Virus record (IMG/VR): IMGVR_UViG_2541047785_000009
Source: a virus
Lineage: Duplodnaviria; Heunggongvirae; Uroviricota; Caudoviricetes
Reading direction: 5' to 3' (one strand)
Length of the DNA: 34,652 nucleotides
Below the pieces are notes generated by a model. It did no database searches, was not told where the DNA came from, and saw nothing but the letters and a program-made list of their open reading frames with translations. A program made the translations under genes and the position numbers. Below are positions 17,511 through 27,983 of this stretch, piece by piece (the stretch's first letter is position 1; every line of letters begins with the position of its first letter).

Positions 17511-17923
17511 GGTTCCCGCCCCTCAAGACGCTGACGACAGGCTTTACGTATCAGCCGGAAAAACAGCGACGCCACAAGATAAATCAGCGCGGTAAAAATC
17601 CACCCGGCAGCGACCAGCGAGATAAACGTCGCCACCATCACTACCAGAGCCGCCGCCCGTCTGCGCCACGGCACCGGCTGCAAAAACAGCGACGTGACAA
17701 TCTTCACGGCCAGCGATTCCGGTGGCAGCTCCCGCCCGTAGCGTTCAAGTACATACTCCGTGGCATACACACCGACACCACCGGCAACCACACAGATAAC
17801 CGTCGCCAGAATCGCCCAGGTGGCGACAAAACTGACGGCCACGCTCTGAGGGTAAATCAGGGACAGTGCCAGCATCAGCGCCAGCGACACGTTCAGCATC
17901 AGTGAAAGGGATAATTTCTTCAT
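17498..17923 (-). CDS. lysA: LysA, lysis-timing membrane protein
   Basis: 141-aa hydrophobic ORF, P2 LysA length and position. Confidence 0.85.
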   Translation of the reverse strand: MKKLSLSLMLNVSLALMLALSLIYPQSVAVSFVATWAILATVICVVAGGVGVYATEYVLERYGRELPPESLAVKIVTSLFLQPVPWRRRAAALVVMVATFISLVAAGWIFTALIYLVASLFFRLIRKACRQRLEGREPCQS

Positions 17924-17937
17924 GGTGTTTACTCCGT

Positions 17938-18435
17938 TTAAGCCGGTACGCCGCCAGCGGTACGCCAGACGGTGACCAGTTTTTCCAGTGAATGCTCACG
18001 CTGACCGTAACCGGCACCCGGCAGGGACGCCCAGATATTGCGACAGCGTGAAATGGCGCGCTCAATGCGTCCCGCCCGGATGTCATCCAGTGCACCGCGT
18101 TCGCGGATCAACTGAATGGCGAGTCTGTCCTGTGACAACGGACTGAAATCAGGCAGGGCAAGCTGTTTGCGGTAGTGCGGCCAGAACAGGTAAAGCTGCT
18201 GATAGCGACCGGAGGCCGTGGATTTTTCACCGCGACGGTTAAACACCTTCGCCGGTCGGCCATGCGCGAACGGGTGGTCACTGTAGTCGGTGAATATTTC
18301 CGGCTTCCCGTCCAGTCCGGTGACTATCACGTCATAGCCCCGGTTTTTCGTCAGCGGATGATTCGCCGTCCCTTCGGACACTGCCAGCATGTCGAGAAAG
18401 GCGGCGATATTCTGATGCGTGTTAATTACCGGCAT
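17938..18435 (-). CDS. K: Endolysin K (lysozyme-like)
   Basis: 165-aa ORF, P2 gpK length and position between holin and lysA. Confidence 0.9.
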   Translation of the reverse strand: MPVINTHQNIAAFLDMLAVSEGTANHPLTKNRGYDVIVTGLDGKPEIFTDYSDHPFAHGRPAKVFNRRGEKSTASGRYQQLYLFWPHYRKQLALPDFSPLSQDRLAIQLIRERGALDDIRAGRIERAISRCRNIWASLPGAGYGQREHSLEKLVTVWRTAGGVPA

Positions 18436-18716
18436 TACGGTTTCCCCCTGCCCTTAAAGCGGCGCTGAATGGCAATCTCAATCACCTGATAACCGGCGAT
18501 ACCCAGCATGGAGCCGATGCCGCACACCGCAGGCAGTGACAGGTCAGGAAACTGCACCAGAACAACACCGGCAACCATCGAGACAAAACCACCGAGCAAC
18601 ATGCGCCCGATAAACAGACGCGGGGTGATGGGTTCACCACCGGCAAGCACCTTGCCGACAACAATCAGCACCCCAATCATGAAAAGCGACAGGACGCTTT
18701 TTTCTTCTGCTGTCAT
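18435..18716 (-). CDS. Y: Holin Y
   Basis: 93-aa ORF with TM segments and charged C-terminus (RRFKGRGKP); P2 gpY length. Confidence 0.9.
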   Translation of the reverse strand: MTAEEKSVLSLFMIGVLIVVGKVLAGGEPITPRLFIGRMLLGGFVSMVAGVVLVQFPDLSLPAVCGIGSMLGIAGYQVIEIAIQRRFKGRGKP

Positions 18717-18719
18717 GCG

Positions 18720-18923
18720 TTACTCCCACAGATTGACAGTTTCAGCCACGGGCGCGGTCTGAACGTCGGGCAGTTCGACGGCGGTGCCGTGTGGCAGCAC
18801 CGCCCCCAGTTCAGCCAGTCCCGGATTTGCGGCGAGCACGGCCTCGACCACGCCCTCAGTGCGCCCGTAATAGCGGACACAAATGGCGTCGAGCGTGTCG
18901 CCCTGTAGCGCAAAGGTCTTCAT
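18720..18923 (-). CDS. X: Tail protein X (67 aa)
   Basis: Track ORF 18720..18992; P2 gpX-like MKTFALQGDTLDAICVRYYGRTEGVVE... starts at ATG 18923..18921, which overlaps the L stop codon. Confidence 0.85.
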   Translation of the reverse strand: MKTFALQGDTLDAICVRYYGRTEGVVEAVLAANPGLAELGAVLPHGTAVELPDVQTAPVAETVNLWE

Positions 18924-19432
18924 CAGATTTGACTCACGATGCAGCGCGGCTTGTCCTGGATGCGCGCCACTGCCCAGCGCATATCCCGCCACAGCTCATC
19001 AATGGTGCTGTCAATGCTGTCGGCCTTCTTGTCGCCTTTCGCACTGGCATCCACACCGCGATAACGTTCATAAAGTGACGCGGTCGCCATCGCACACACG
19101 GCGCGCTCGTAGTAAAAAACTTTGATGCTTTCACCGTCGATGTCGTCCGCCGGGACGTCCGCCAGACGCGTAAAACCGGCAGCAATTTTCTGTTCGCGGT
19201 ACTCGTACAGCTCCGCATTCGTCTCCGCCATGCCTGACTTGATGGCCTCACGCAGACGGGCAGGGGCGACGGTCTGCTCAAGGCGCATACGTTCCCGGAC
19301 GCGCTTCGGGTCGATATCGGGAAAAAAGAACGTGTTTTTAATCACCGGCTCGTCGCCTGCCGGTTGCGGGATAACCACCGTACCCTCACCGGACACGGGA
19401 GCCTCCTTTCGCGGAATAATCAGCGTCATCAT
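18923..19432 (-). CDS. L: Head completion protein L (169 aa)
   Basis: Track ORF 18923..19492; P2 gpL-like MMTLIIPRKEAPVSGEG... starts at ATG 19432 with GAGG 5 nt upstream. Confidence 0.85.
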   Translation of the reverse strand: MMTLIIPRKEAPVSGEGTVVIPQPAGDEPVIKNTFFFPDIDPKRVRERMRLEQTVAPARLREAIKSGMAETNAELYEYREQKIAAGFTRLADVPADDIDGESIKVFYYERAVCAMATASLYERYRGVDASAKGDKKADSIDSTIDELWRDMRWAVARIQDKPRCIVSQI

Positions 19433-19531
19433 GACTACCTCTGAAAAGTCGGGCGGTGGACGCCGGTGCAGTGTCAGGTGATTCACCGTCACTGACCGGC
19501 GTGCCGCCCTGGCGCGGGGCGCATTCGGTTG

Positions 19532-20275
19532 TTAACTGGCTTTCTTTTTCGGGCGTCCACGTTTTGCCGGTGTCACGCTCCGGGTCTTACGCGGAGTGCG
19601 GGTGGCCGCTTTGGGCTGCGGCTCCGGCTTCGGTTTCAGCTCCCGCTCCAGTCGTTCAATCTCTTTTTTGACGCCTGCCTGACAGTCGAGCTGTGTCGCA
19701 CGTTGCAGGTGCGCCAGCGCACCGGCGGCATCACCACCGTCACGCAGAAACAGACCGGTGATTTTGTGCAGCTTTGCGCGCACTTCATCAGGCATGTCAG
19801 CCGTGGCGGTCAGTTCGAGGGTGTCCGTCAGCAGGCGGGTATCCACAGACTCACCGGCAGCGTGGGCGCGCATGGCCGCAAGTGCCACCTCCTCGGTGAA
19901 CATGTACGGCGGGGTGCGGCGGTGTTTACCCGGCATGGTCAGACCGTACTTCAGGGCATAACGGGCAATCTCCAGCGCACCGGCAATATCGCCGGTATCC
20001 AGACGCCACAGCATGACCGTCATCAGAATGTCATCCTGTGCACCTTTGCCCTGCTCCAGCACGCCATTCACCCACGGCAACCAGAACGGCAGCAGTTCGC
20101 GTTTTTTTGCGGCCTTCAGCTCTTTTGAATAAATCGCTTTCAGTGTGCGCTGGTCTGCGGCGAGCTTGACCAGCATCTGCTCATAGACAGTTGCATGTCG
20201 CAGCGGGGCGGCTTCCCGCTGCGCGGTCATCGCTGCCGAGACCCGCATCATGTGGCGCTGTGCGGGACTCGTCAT
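19532..20275 (-). CDS. M: Terminase small (endonuclease) subunit M
   Basis: 247-aa ORF, P2 gpM length; basic C-terminal tail. Confidence 0.9.
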   Translation of the reverse strand: MTSPAQRHMMRVSAAMTAQREAAPLRHATVYEQMLVKLAADQRTLKAIYSKELKAAKKRELLPFWLPWVNGVLEQGKGAQDDILMTVMLWRLDTGDIAGALEIARYALKYGLTMPGKHRRTPPYMFTEEVALAAMRAHAAGESVDTRLLTDTLELTATADMPDEVRAKLHKITGLFLRDGGDAAGALAHLQRATQLDCQAGVKKEIERLERELKPKPEPQPKAATRTPRKTRSVTPAKRGRPKKKAS

Positions 20276-20278
20276 CGG

Positions 20279-21352
20279 TTACGCTCCCGGCTCTGCGGTC
20301 GCTTTAGCCGGTGTGGAAAAATCACCGACCTTAATTTTTTCCACCAGACAACCGGCGGCGTAGTCCTCCACCACGTAATCAATGTTCATTGACTCGTAGT
20401 TCTCCACGCGGTCGAGTTTCGGGTTTTCCTCAATCACGCGGCGATGGCTGTCATCCATGTAGTAGATGGACAGGTTTTCCAGCTTCGTGATGAGCATCGC
20501 ATCCGCCGGGAAGTACGGGACGCGTACCGCCGGCAGGTTGCCGATGCGTTTCTGGCTGATGATGACGTCAGCGGCCAGCATTTCGCTGTTGTCCTGCTCC
20601 TTGTTGACGATGGGGAAATACTTGTCCGCCAGTAGCTGACGTCCCACAATCACCACAAGGTCAGGGTCTTCCTGATACCACGGCTCAATCAGGTTGTTGG
20701 TCGCATCCATCACCAGTGCATCAAGGCTGGCATAGTCACCGCCCTTACCCACGCGGATAACCTCAGAGGTGGTGCGGCCTTCCTCGTCAGTGACCTTGCT
20801 CATCACACGCGCCGGGGCTTCATTGCGGTATTTCTGCAGCCAGCCGACCGCCACATCCTGCAACATCGGATTGCTGTTGCGGTCAGAGGTTTCGGCACGC
20901 TTCACGCCGTTAAAACCGGCCATGATGAAATCAAGGGACTGGCGTTTGATAATGGCGTTACGGATACGGAGCTGGAAATCCTGATAACGCGCCCACAGGT
21001 CCAGCGTTTTGTAGCGGATATAAAAATCGAAGTTAACCTGGTCGCATTCGTACTTGTTGGACGCCAGCTTCGAGAAGTCCTTCGGCTGACGCTCGGTGCC
21101 ACCGGCGGTGTCGGTGGTGCTGGCAATGGGGCCGGTGACACCGATACCAATTTTTTCCCCTTTCATTTCGCTGACCGGCACAATGTTGATGCGGGTCAGA
21201 AAGTCAGAGGACTCCTGCATGGTGTTCATCAGGGTCTGGGTGACCGACGGTTCAACGGTGAATTTTTTCGACACATCACCGGCGTCGATGCCGTTCAGTT
21301 CGGCAACACGGGACAGATAGGCATTAAATTTAAAACGGGTTTCCTGGCGCAT
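20279..21352 (-). CDS. N: Major capsid protein N
   Basis: 357-aa ORF, P2 gpN length and position. Confidence 0.92.
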   Translation of the reverse strand: MRQETRFKFNAYLSRVAELNGIDAGDVSKKFTVEPSVTQTLMNTMQESSDFLTRINIVPVSEMKGEKIGIGVTGPIASTTDTAGGTERQPKDFSKLASNKYECDQVNFDFYIRYKTLDLWARYQDFQLRIRNAIIKRQSLDFIMAGFNGVKRAETSDRNSNPMLQDVAVGWLQKYRNEAPARVMSKVTDEEGRTTSEVIRVGKGGDYASLDALVMDATNNLIEPWYQEDPDLVVIVGRQLLADKYFPIVNKEQDNSEMLAADVIISQKRIGNLPAVRVPYFPADAMLITKLENLSIYYMDDSHRRVIEENPKLDRVENYESMNIDYVVEDYAAGCLVEKIKVGDFSTPAKATAEPGA

Positions 21353-21410
21353 ATTTGTTCCTGAAATTAAGGGTTAATCGTGAAGGTTTTCCCGGACTGA
21401 CTGACGCCGG

Positions 21411-22265
21411 TCAGCAGTTCGTCATCAGGGCGTCTCCGCTACCGCCGGTGGCCTTGCTGCGGCGCTGCTGGGTCAGACTTTCGGTGTTGTCGAGACTGTT
21501 TTTCAGGCGGGTGAATGCCTGGCTGGTTTCATCCGCCCTGTCAGTCACCTCCTGCTTAAGTGCGGAAAAGGCGTTTTCCATCTCAGCGAGGCGCTGCTCA
21601 GTGGCGCTCAGTTTTTCCTGCACATGTTCAGCAACAGCGGTCACCGCTTCATGCACATCATTCAGACGGGCGTCATCACTGGCCTGTTTGCGGCCAAAAA
21701 TGGATTTCACCTTTTCGGTCAGGGCGGTGAACACGGTTTCAGGCAGGTCTTCAAATTCCAGCTCAACGGGCGTTGCCACTGAAATCAGGTTTTCAGGGCT
21801 TAATTTGAAGCGGTTCAGGGGGTTGTGTTTTGCCTTGCGGCAGAATTCCAGGTATTCCGTGCCGAGGCTCGCCGGGTCGTCGGTGACGGCCAGACCCACC
21901 AGATAACATTTGCCGGTATTGGCAAAGTTCGGCTGAATTTCCATTGAGGTGTAGACCTTCTGCGCGGCCTTGTTCATCGCGATAAGGTCATCGGTCGGGG
22001 TGATTTTCGCAAACAGCGCCCATTTGCCTTTCAGCGCCGAATCGTCGTCAATCTTTTCGGCCTTCAGTTCGACCACATCGCCATAACGTTTAAAAATACC
22101 GTCAGGCAGGATGCCGCGCAGATGTTCCAGGTTAATGCGGCAACCATAGACACGCGGGTCAAAGGTTTCGGCCATTTCCTGAATATCCTGCGCACTGATG
22201 ACACGCCCGTCACAGGTGTCACCCTCAACGCCGATACGAAAGAATTTTGAGACTTTTTTTGCCAT
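21411..22265 (-). CDS. O: Capsid scaffolding protein O (284 aa)
   Basis: Track ORF 21411..22331; P2 gpO-like MAKKVSKFFRIGVEGDTCDGR... starts at ATG 22265..22263. Confidence 0.85.
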   Translation of the reverse strand: MAKKVSKFFRIGVEGDTCDGRVISAQDIQEMAETFDPRVYGCRINLEHLRGILPDGIFKRYGDVVELKAEKIDDDSALKGKWALFAKITPTDDLIAMNKAAQKVYTSMEIQPNFANTGKCYLVGLAVTDDPASLGTEYLEFCRKAKHNPLNRFKLSPENLISVATPVELEFEDLPETVFTALTEKVKSIFGRKQASDDARLNDVHEAVTAVAEHVQEKLSATEQRLAEMENAFSALKQEVTDRADETSQAFTRLKNSLDNTESLTQQRRSKATGGSGDALMTNC

Positions 22266-22438
22266 TGTCAGGAGTCCTGAATAGTGATTAGAGGAGTCAC
22301 ATGTCGGCATCAGTTTCCCGACGATGCGCATCCTCCGCCATCAGTCCCGGATGGCTTATCACTGACACAACAGCACCTTAGCGAATCGCAGGGCGCGACT
22401 CAGTAGCCTTGCCGTGTATTCATCACGGCGAGGTATTC
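22266..22438. promoter_or_regulatory. Divergent late-promoter region between O and P
   Basis: 173-bp intergenic region between divergently oriented O (minus) and P (plus); position of the P2 late promoters PO and PP; exact Ogr site not resolved. Confidence 0.4.
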
Positions 22439-24211
22439 ATGACCATCACCACAGACACCACTCTTTTACACGACCCGCGTCGTCAGGCGGCGCTGCTGTA
22501 CTGGCAGGGATTTTCCGTGCCGCAGATTGCCGCCATGTTGCAGATGAAACGCCCGACGGTGCAGAGCTGGAAACAGCGCGACGGCTGGGACAGCGTTGCC
22601 CCCATCAGCCGTGTCGAAATGAGTCTGGAAGCGCGGCTGACCCAGCTCATCATCAAACCGCAGAAAACCGGCGGTGACTTCAAGGAAATTGACCTGCTGG
22701 GACGCCAGATTGAACGACTGGCACGGGTAAACCGTTACAGTCAGACCGGCAACGAGGCAGACCTTAATCCGAACGTCGCTAACCGCAACAAAGGCGGGCG
22801 TCGCAAACCGAAAAAAAATTTTTTCAGTGACGAGGCCATCGAAAAGCTGGAGCAGATTTTCTTTGAGCAGTCTTTCGACTATCAGTTGCACTGGTATCGC
22901 GCCGGGCTTGAGCACCGCATCCGCGATATCCTGAAATCCCGCCAGATTGGCGCGACGTTTTATTTTTCCCGCGAGGCGCTGCTGCGCGCCCTGAAAACCG
23001 GCCATAACCAGATTTTTCTGTCGGCCAGTAAAACGCAGGCGTATGTGTTCCGCGAATACATCATCGCCTTTGCCCGTCTGGTTGACGTTGACCTGACCGG
23101 TGACCCGATTGTCCTGGGCAATAACGGCGCAAAACTGATTTTTCTCGGCACCAACTCCAACACCGCGCAGAGCCATAACGGCGACCTGTACGTCGACGAG
23201 ATTTTCTGGATCCCGAATTTTCAGGTACTGCGTAAGGTGGCATCAGGTATGGCCTCACAGAGCCACCTGCGCTCGACCTATTTCTCCACCCCGTCCACGC
23301 TGGCGCACGACGCCTACCCATTCTGGTCGGGTGAACTGTTCAACCGGGGACGCGCCAGCGCCGCCGAACACGTGGAAATCGACGTCAGTCATAACGCCCT
23401 TGCCGGGGGGCTTCTCTGTGCGGACGGCCAGTGGCGGCAGATTGTCACCATTGAGGACGCCCTGAAAGGTGGCTGCACGCTGTTCGACATTGAGCAGCTC
23501 AAACGTGAAAACAGCGCCGACGATTTTAAAAACCTGTTCATGTGTGAATTTGTTGACGACAAGGCGTCGGTGTTCCCGTTCGAGGAGCTGCAACGCTGCA
23601 TGGTCGACACGCTGGAAGAATGGGAAGACTATGCGCCGTTTGCCGCCAATCCGTTCGGCTCCCGCCCGGTATGGATTGGTTACGACCCGTCACACCGTGG
23701 CGACAGCGCCGGATGCGTGGTGCTGGCACCGCCGGTGGTGGCCGGAGGTAAATTCAGAATACTTGAGCGTCACCAGTGGAAAGGCATGGACTTTGCCACT
23801 CAGGCGGAATCCATCCGCAAACTCACCGAAAAATACAACGTCGAATACATCGGTATTGATGCCACCGGCCTTGGTGTCGGCGTGTTCCAGCTCGTGCGCT
23901 CGTTCTATCCCGCCGCGCGCGATATCCGCTACACGCCGGAAATGAAGACCGCAATGGTGCTCAAGGCAAAAGACGTTATCCGCCGTGGCTGTCTGGAATA
24001 TGACGTCAGCGCCACCGACATCACCAGCTCGTTTATGGCTATCCGCAAGACCATGACCAGCAGCGGACGCAGCGCCACCTATGAGGCCAGCCGCAGCGAG
24101 GAAGCCAGCCACGCCGACCTCGCCTGGGCGACCATGCACGCCCTGTTAAATGAGCCACTCACCGCCGGTATCAGCACCCCGCTGACATCCACCATTCTGG
24201 AGTTTTACTGA
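22439..24211 (+). CDS. P: Terminase large (ATPase) subunit P (590 aa)
   Basis: Track ORF 22409..24211; P2 gpP-like MTITTDTTLLHDPRRQAALLYWQGF... starts at ATG 22439 with GAGG upstream. Confidence 0.9.
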   Translation: MTITTDTTLLHDPRRQAALLYWQGFSVPQIAAMLQMKRPTVQSWKQRDGWDSVAPISRVEMSLEARLTQLIIKPQKTGGDFKEIDLLGRQIERLARVNRYSQTGNEADLNPNVANRNKGGRRKPKKNFFSDEAIEKLEQIFFEQSFDYQLHWYRAGLEHRIRDILKSRQIGATFYFSREALLRALKTGHNQIFLSASKTQAYVFREYIIAFARLVDVDLTGDPIVLGNNGAKLIFLGTNSNTAQSHNGDLYVDEIFWIPNFQVLRKVASGMASQSHLRSTYFSTPSTLAHDAYPFWSGELFNRGRASAAEHVEIDVSHNALAGGLLCADGQWRQIVTIEDALKGGCTLFDIEQLKRENSADDFKNLFMCEFVDDKASVFPFEELQRCMVDTLEEWEDYAPFAANPFGSRPVWIGYDPSHRGDSAGCVVLAPPVVAGGKFRILERHQWKGMDFATQAESIRKLTEKYNVEYIGIDATGLGVGVFQLVRSFYPAARDIRYTPEMKTAMVLKAKDVIRRGCLEYDVSATDITSSFMAIRKTMTSSGRSATYEASRSEEASHADLAWATMHALLNEPLTAGISTPLTSTILEFY

Positions 24212-25245
24212 TGAGCAAGAAAAAAGGGAAAACACCGCAACCTGCGGCAAAAAAAATGACCGCCAGCGCCCCGAAAATGGAGGCATTCACCTTTGGTGAA
24301 CCGGTGCCGGTACTCGACCGCCGTGACATTCTGGATTACGTCGAGTGCATCAGTAACGGCAGATGGTATGAGCCACCGGTCAGCTTTACCGGTCTGGCAA
24401 AAAGCCTGCGTGCTGCCGTACATCACAGCTCACCGATTTACGTCAAACGTAATATTCTGGCTTCAACGTTTATTCCGCACCTGTGGCTTTCCCAGCAGGA
24501 TTTCAGCCGCTTTGTGCTGGATTTTCTGGTGTTCGGTAATGCGTTTCTGGAAAAGCGTTACAGCACCACCGGTAAGGTCATCAGACTGGAAACCTCACCG
24601 GCAAAATATACCCGCCGTGGCGTGGAGGAGGATGTTTACTGGTGGGTGCCGTCCTTCAACGAGCCGACAGCCTTCGCGCCCGGCTCCGTGTTTCACCTGC
24701 TGGAGCCGGATATTAATCAGGAGCTGTACGGCCTGCCGGAATATCTCAGCGCCCTTAATTCTGCCTGGCTGAATGAGTCGGCCACGCTGTTCCGCCGCAA
24801 GTATTACGAAAACGGCGCTCATGCCGGATATATCATGTACGTCACCGATGCCGTGCAGGATCGCAACGATATCGAAATGCTTCGCGAAAACATGGTCAAG
24901 TCGAAAGGCCGCAACAACTTTAAAAATCTGTTTCTCTATGCCCCGCAGGGGAAAGCCGACGGCATTAAAATTATCCCGCTCAGTGAAGTGGCAACGAAGG
25001 ACGATTTTTTTAATATCAAAAAAGCCAGCGCCGCTGACCTGCTGGACGCGCACCGCATCCCCTTTCAGTTGATGGGCGGCAAGCCGGAGAACGTCGGGTC
25101 GCTGGGTGATATTGAGAAAGTGGCAAAGGTCTTTGTCCGCAATGAGCTTATCCCGCTACAGGACAGGATCCGCGAGATAAACGGCTGGCTCGGTCAGGAG
25201 GTCATCCGCTTTAAAAACTACTCACTGGACACTGACAACGGCTGA
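24211..25245 (+). CDS. Q: Portal protein Q
   Basis: 344-aa ORF, P2 gpQ length; ATG overlaps the P stop (ATGA). Confidence 0.92.
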   Translation: MSKKKGKTPQPAAKKMTASAPKMEAFTFGEPVPVLDRRDILDYVECISNGRWYEPPVSFTGLAKSLRAAVHHSSPIYVKRNILASTFIPHLWLSQQDFSRFVLDFLVFGNAFLEKRYSTTGKVIRLETSPAKYTRRGVEEDVYWWVPSFNEPTAFAPGSVFHLLEPDINQELYGLPEYLSALNSAWLNESATLFRRKYYENGAHAGYIMYVTDAVQDRNDIEMLRENMVKSKGRNNFKNLFLYAPQGKADGIKIIPLSEVATKDDFFNIKKASAADLLDAHRIPFQLMGGKPENVGSLGDIEKVAKVFVRNELIPLQDRIREINGWLGQEVIRFKNYSLDTDNG

Positions 25246-25249
25246 ACAT

Positions 25250-25272
25250 CGCCGCCTGCGGGCGGCTTTTTT
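25250..25272 (+). terminator. Rho-independent terminator after Q
   Basis: GCCGCC-TGCG-GGCGGC hairpin (25251-25266) followed by TTTTTT (25267-25272), directly after the Q stop. Confidence 0.7.
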
Positions 25273-25414
25273 ACACCCCGTCATCACGCGCTCACACGCT
25301 CACCACCGCACAAAACACCCCGCAGACACACCAACGCCTCAACGGGCAGACTAAGCGCCTTCACGACGCGCTCAGACGCTGAAAAAATAAAATCAGCACC
25401 ACCGCCAGCGCGCA

Positions 25415-25433
25415 GTGCTTTCCCCGCCTCGCC
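25415..25433. other. cos site (19-nt cohesive-end sequence)
   Basis: GTGCTTTCCCCGCCTCGCC is the reverse complement of the P2 cohesive end GGCGAGGCGGGGAAAGCAC as I recall it; located right of Q as in P2. Confidence 0.75.
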
Positions 25434-25763
25434 CGCCCGCTTCATGGGGCGGTTTTAATGCAGTTGCATGAGTACGTTGAATCCTCGCTAGCTGTGACGT
25501 AAAGCAATGAGGACGCATAACTTTGACACATGCAAAACCATGCACCTGATACATGCATAGTTATTACTTTGTAAAAACATAAAAAAAGGAAATCCCATGA
25601 ACAAAAATCAAACTATTAATAAAAATTTTTATATCTCTTAGAACAAAAGATTTTGCTTGAACAAAGTAAACTTCTGAGGTAGATCTTTATCGTTTAGCAA
25701 AATAATTCATGTTAAACAGCTTAAATATTTATACAATATCATTGGCAATGATGAGGTTTTAAA

Positions 25764-27983
25764 ATGGAACTTAAATTAAAGAATATAACCAGCTATAAGA
25801 AAGATAGCTTCACGACTCTTAATCTCTCAAAAAAAATTAATATACTTTATGGTCACAACGGTTGTGGAAAATCAACCATATCTAATTATTTCTATAATCC
25901 AAATAACACGGACTACAAAGAATGCGAATGTCCTTTCATAGATACTTTTCGCCTATTGGTTTATAATACTAAGTTTGTTGAGGATAATTTTTATAATGCA
26001 AAAGAGCAAAAAGGAGTATTCACTTTAAGTAAGGAAAATGCTGACATTGAAAAAGAATTGTTGGAAAAAGAAGCTATAAGACAAGACCTACTTACAAAAT
26101 ACAAAGATAAAAAAAACGTTATTGAACGTTTAATTAAAGATAAAAACAATAAAGAAAATGAATATATTGATTTAATATGGAATAAAGCAGAACCTTTTAG
26201 ATCATCTGACTTAAAGAACTTGATGAAAGGTCAGTTAGGAAGCAAGAGATCATTTTATGAGCAAGTTAAAAAAGCCCCTCAAACCACTGACGTTAACATC
26301 GAGTCACTTGCTCAAGAATATAGTATTCTTTTAAAGAACAAAGATAAATTCACTGCATCAATTACACCTTTAGAAAAATATATCATTTCAGAAAAAGATA
26401 AAGAATCTTTATCCACTCCGATTATAGACTCAAGTAATAGCTATTTGTCAGAAACAATTAAACAACTTCAAAACCTTGACTGGGTGAAAAAAGGGAAGGA
26501 ATTATATTTAAATGGCACATGTTGCCCATTCTGCCAAGAAGACACTATTAAAGACAAATTTTTAGAAGCAATTGAATCTATCTTTGATGATAGCTACTCC
26601 AAGAAAGTTGACCAAATACGCATTATCAGATCGTCTTATGAATCCGCTACCATAGATAATTTAAGAAAAATAAAACAAGAGATTTCATCTTGTGAATTAA
26701 TCACCTCAAAAGAAAAAGATATAACATCATCTCATATAGCGTTATTAGAGGAAATAGCAAACAAAAACTTAAAATTGATGTTAGATAAAATCAATAACCC
26801 ATCTATATCTATTATTTTGGAATCCAATAGCGACCTTGAAGCAAAGGTAGTTGATAATATAACAGAGTACAACAATAGAATTAAAGAAATAAATATTAAA
26901 GTCAAACAATTTAAGGATAGTGAAAAGTCTATACGTTACAAAATATGGGGAGCAATAAGAGAATTATGCAACGCTGAGTTTGAAGCTTTCTCAAAATATG
27001 AGAATGACTATAAAATCATTTATGAACAATATCAACTTGAATTAAATACCATAAAAGAACAAGGAGATAACAATAGCAAAAAGATCAAAGAGCTACGCGA
27101 TCAAATATCTAACATTGATGCAACCATAGATTCTATAAATCAACGTCTAAAATTATTAGGAATTTATGGTTTTAGCATAAAAAAACACACTGAGAGCAAT
27201 GATAAATATATTATATCACGTTCTGAAAACACAACAGATAAAGATGTATACAGATCTCTTAGCGAGGGTGAAAAAACTTTAATTACCTTTCTCTACTTTC
27301 TGGAATGCTGTAAAGGTAAGACAGATAAGAATGATACGGATATGCGAGATGTATTTATCGTTATTGATGATCCAATATCCAGCCTCTCTCAAAATTATGT
27401 GTACGATATTGCTTCAATAATTCACCATGAAATAATCAACAATAACAAAGCAGTAAAGAAAACATTAATACTCACACATAACCTTTATTTCTTTCATGAA
27501 CTTATCAAATTAGCTCCTAGAAGCAAAGAAGATAGAACATTCAAGCGTGATTATTATCTTGGACGAGTAACAAAAAATGAATATAGCATAATTACAGAAA
27601 TAGAGAAAAAGAGCATTCAGAATGAATACCAGTCCCTATGGCAAGTATTAAAAGATGCGAAGGATGGAAGGGTAAATAAAGTTATAATACCTAACATCAT
27701 GAGAAATATACTGGAATACTACTTCGCATTTGTTCATAGAACGGATGCATTACAGACAGAGTTAAATAAACTTGCTAGCGATGATAAGAATAATGATTTT
27801 AGAGCATTTTATAGATACATTAATAGAGGTTCCCATTCAGATGCAGTTAATATCACAGACATGGGAGATATATCTCCAGAGAAATATATGGAGCAACTAA
27901 AAACCATTTTTCGTATGACTGGTGATGAAAAACATTATTTGAAAATGATGGACGAAGAGGAAGAGGAAACCGTTACCGCTTAG
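25764..27983 (+). CDS. Cargo gene in old/tin slot: 739-aa ABC/Rad50-like ATPase with coiled-coil CxxC zinc hook and C-terminal putative anticodon-nuclease domain (RloC/PrrC-like architecture)
   Basis: Strongly AT-rich ORF; RBS GAGG 7 nt before the ATG; Walker A G30-HN-G-C-GKST; long Lys/Glu-rich coiled-coil; C254-P-F-C257 hook; ABC signature L499-SEGEK; Walker B V530-FIVIDDP; H-loop T571-H572; C-terminal R647-x3-E651 and H691, resembling the PrrC/RloC Arg-Glu-His triad. Confidence 0.8.
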   Translation: MELKLKNITSYKKDSFTTLNLSKKINILYGHNGCGKSTISNYFYNPNNTDYKECECPFIDTFRLLVYNTKFVEDNFYNAKEQKGVFTLSKENADIEKELLEKEAIRQDLLTKYKDKKNVIERLIKDKNNKENEYIDLIWNKAEPFRSSDLKNLMKGQLGSKRSFYEQVKKAPQTTDVNIESLAQEYSILLKNKDKFTASITPLEKYIISEKDKESLSTPIIDSSNSYLSETIKQLQNLDWVKKGKELYLNGTCCPFCQEDTIKDKFLEAIESIFDDSYSKKVDQIRIIRSSYESATIDNLRKIKQEISSCELITSKEKDITSSHIALLEEIANKNLKLMLDKINNPSISIILESNSDLEAKVVDNITEYNNRIKEINIKVKQFKDSEKSIRYKIWGAIRELCNAEFEAFSKYENDYKIIYEQYQLELNTIKEQGDNNSKKIKELRDQISNIDATIDSINQRLKLLGIYGFSIKKHTESNDKYIISRSENTTDKDVYRSLSEGEKTLITFLYFLECCKGKTDKNDTDMRDVFIVIDDPISSLSQNYVYDIASIIHHEIINNNKAVKKTLILTHNLYFFHELIKLAPRSKEDRTFKRDYYLGRVTKNEYSIITEIEKKSIQNEYQSLWQVLKDAKDGRVNKVIIPNIMRNILEYYFAFVHRTDALQTELNKLASDDKNNDFRAFYRYINRGSHSDAVNITDMGDISPEKYMEQLKTIFRMTGDEKHYLKMMDEEEEETVTA

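Noticed and set aside
19529-20128. 199-aa plus-strand ORF inside M
   Set aside because: Antisense overlap with the terminase small subunit gene; Arg/Gly-rich artefact frame
22466-23176. 236-aa minus-strand ORF inside P
   Set aside because: Antisense to the terminase large subunit; no start-site signals
25597-25641. 14-aa ORF (MNKNQTINKNFYIS) with AAGGA RBS upstream of the ATPase cargo gene
   Set aside because: Very short, low-complexity AT-rich sequence where chance ORFs are frequent; lies upstream of the best promoter candidate (TACAAT at 25732..25737), so unlikely to be a leader peptide
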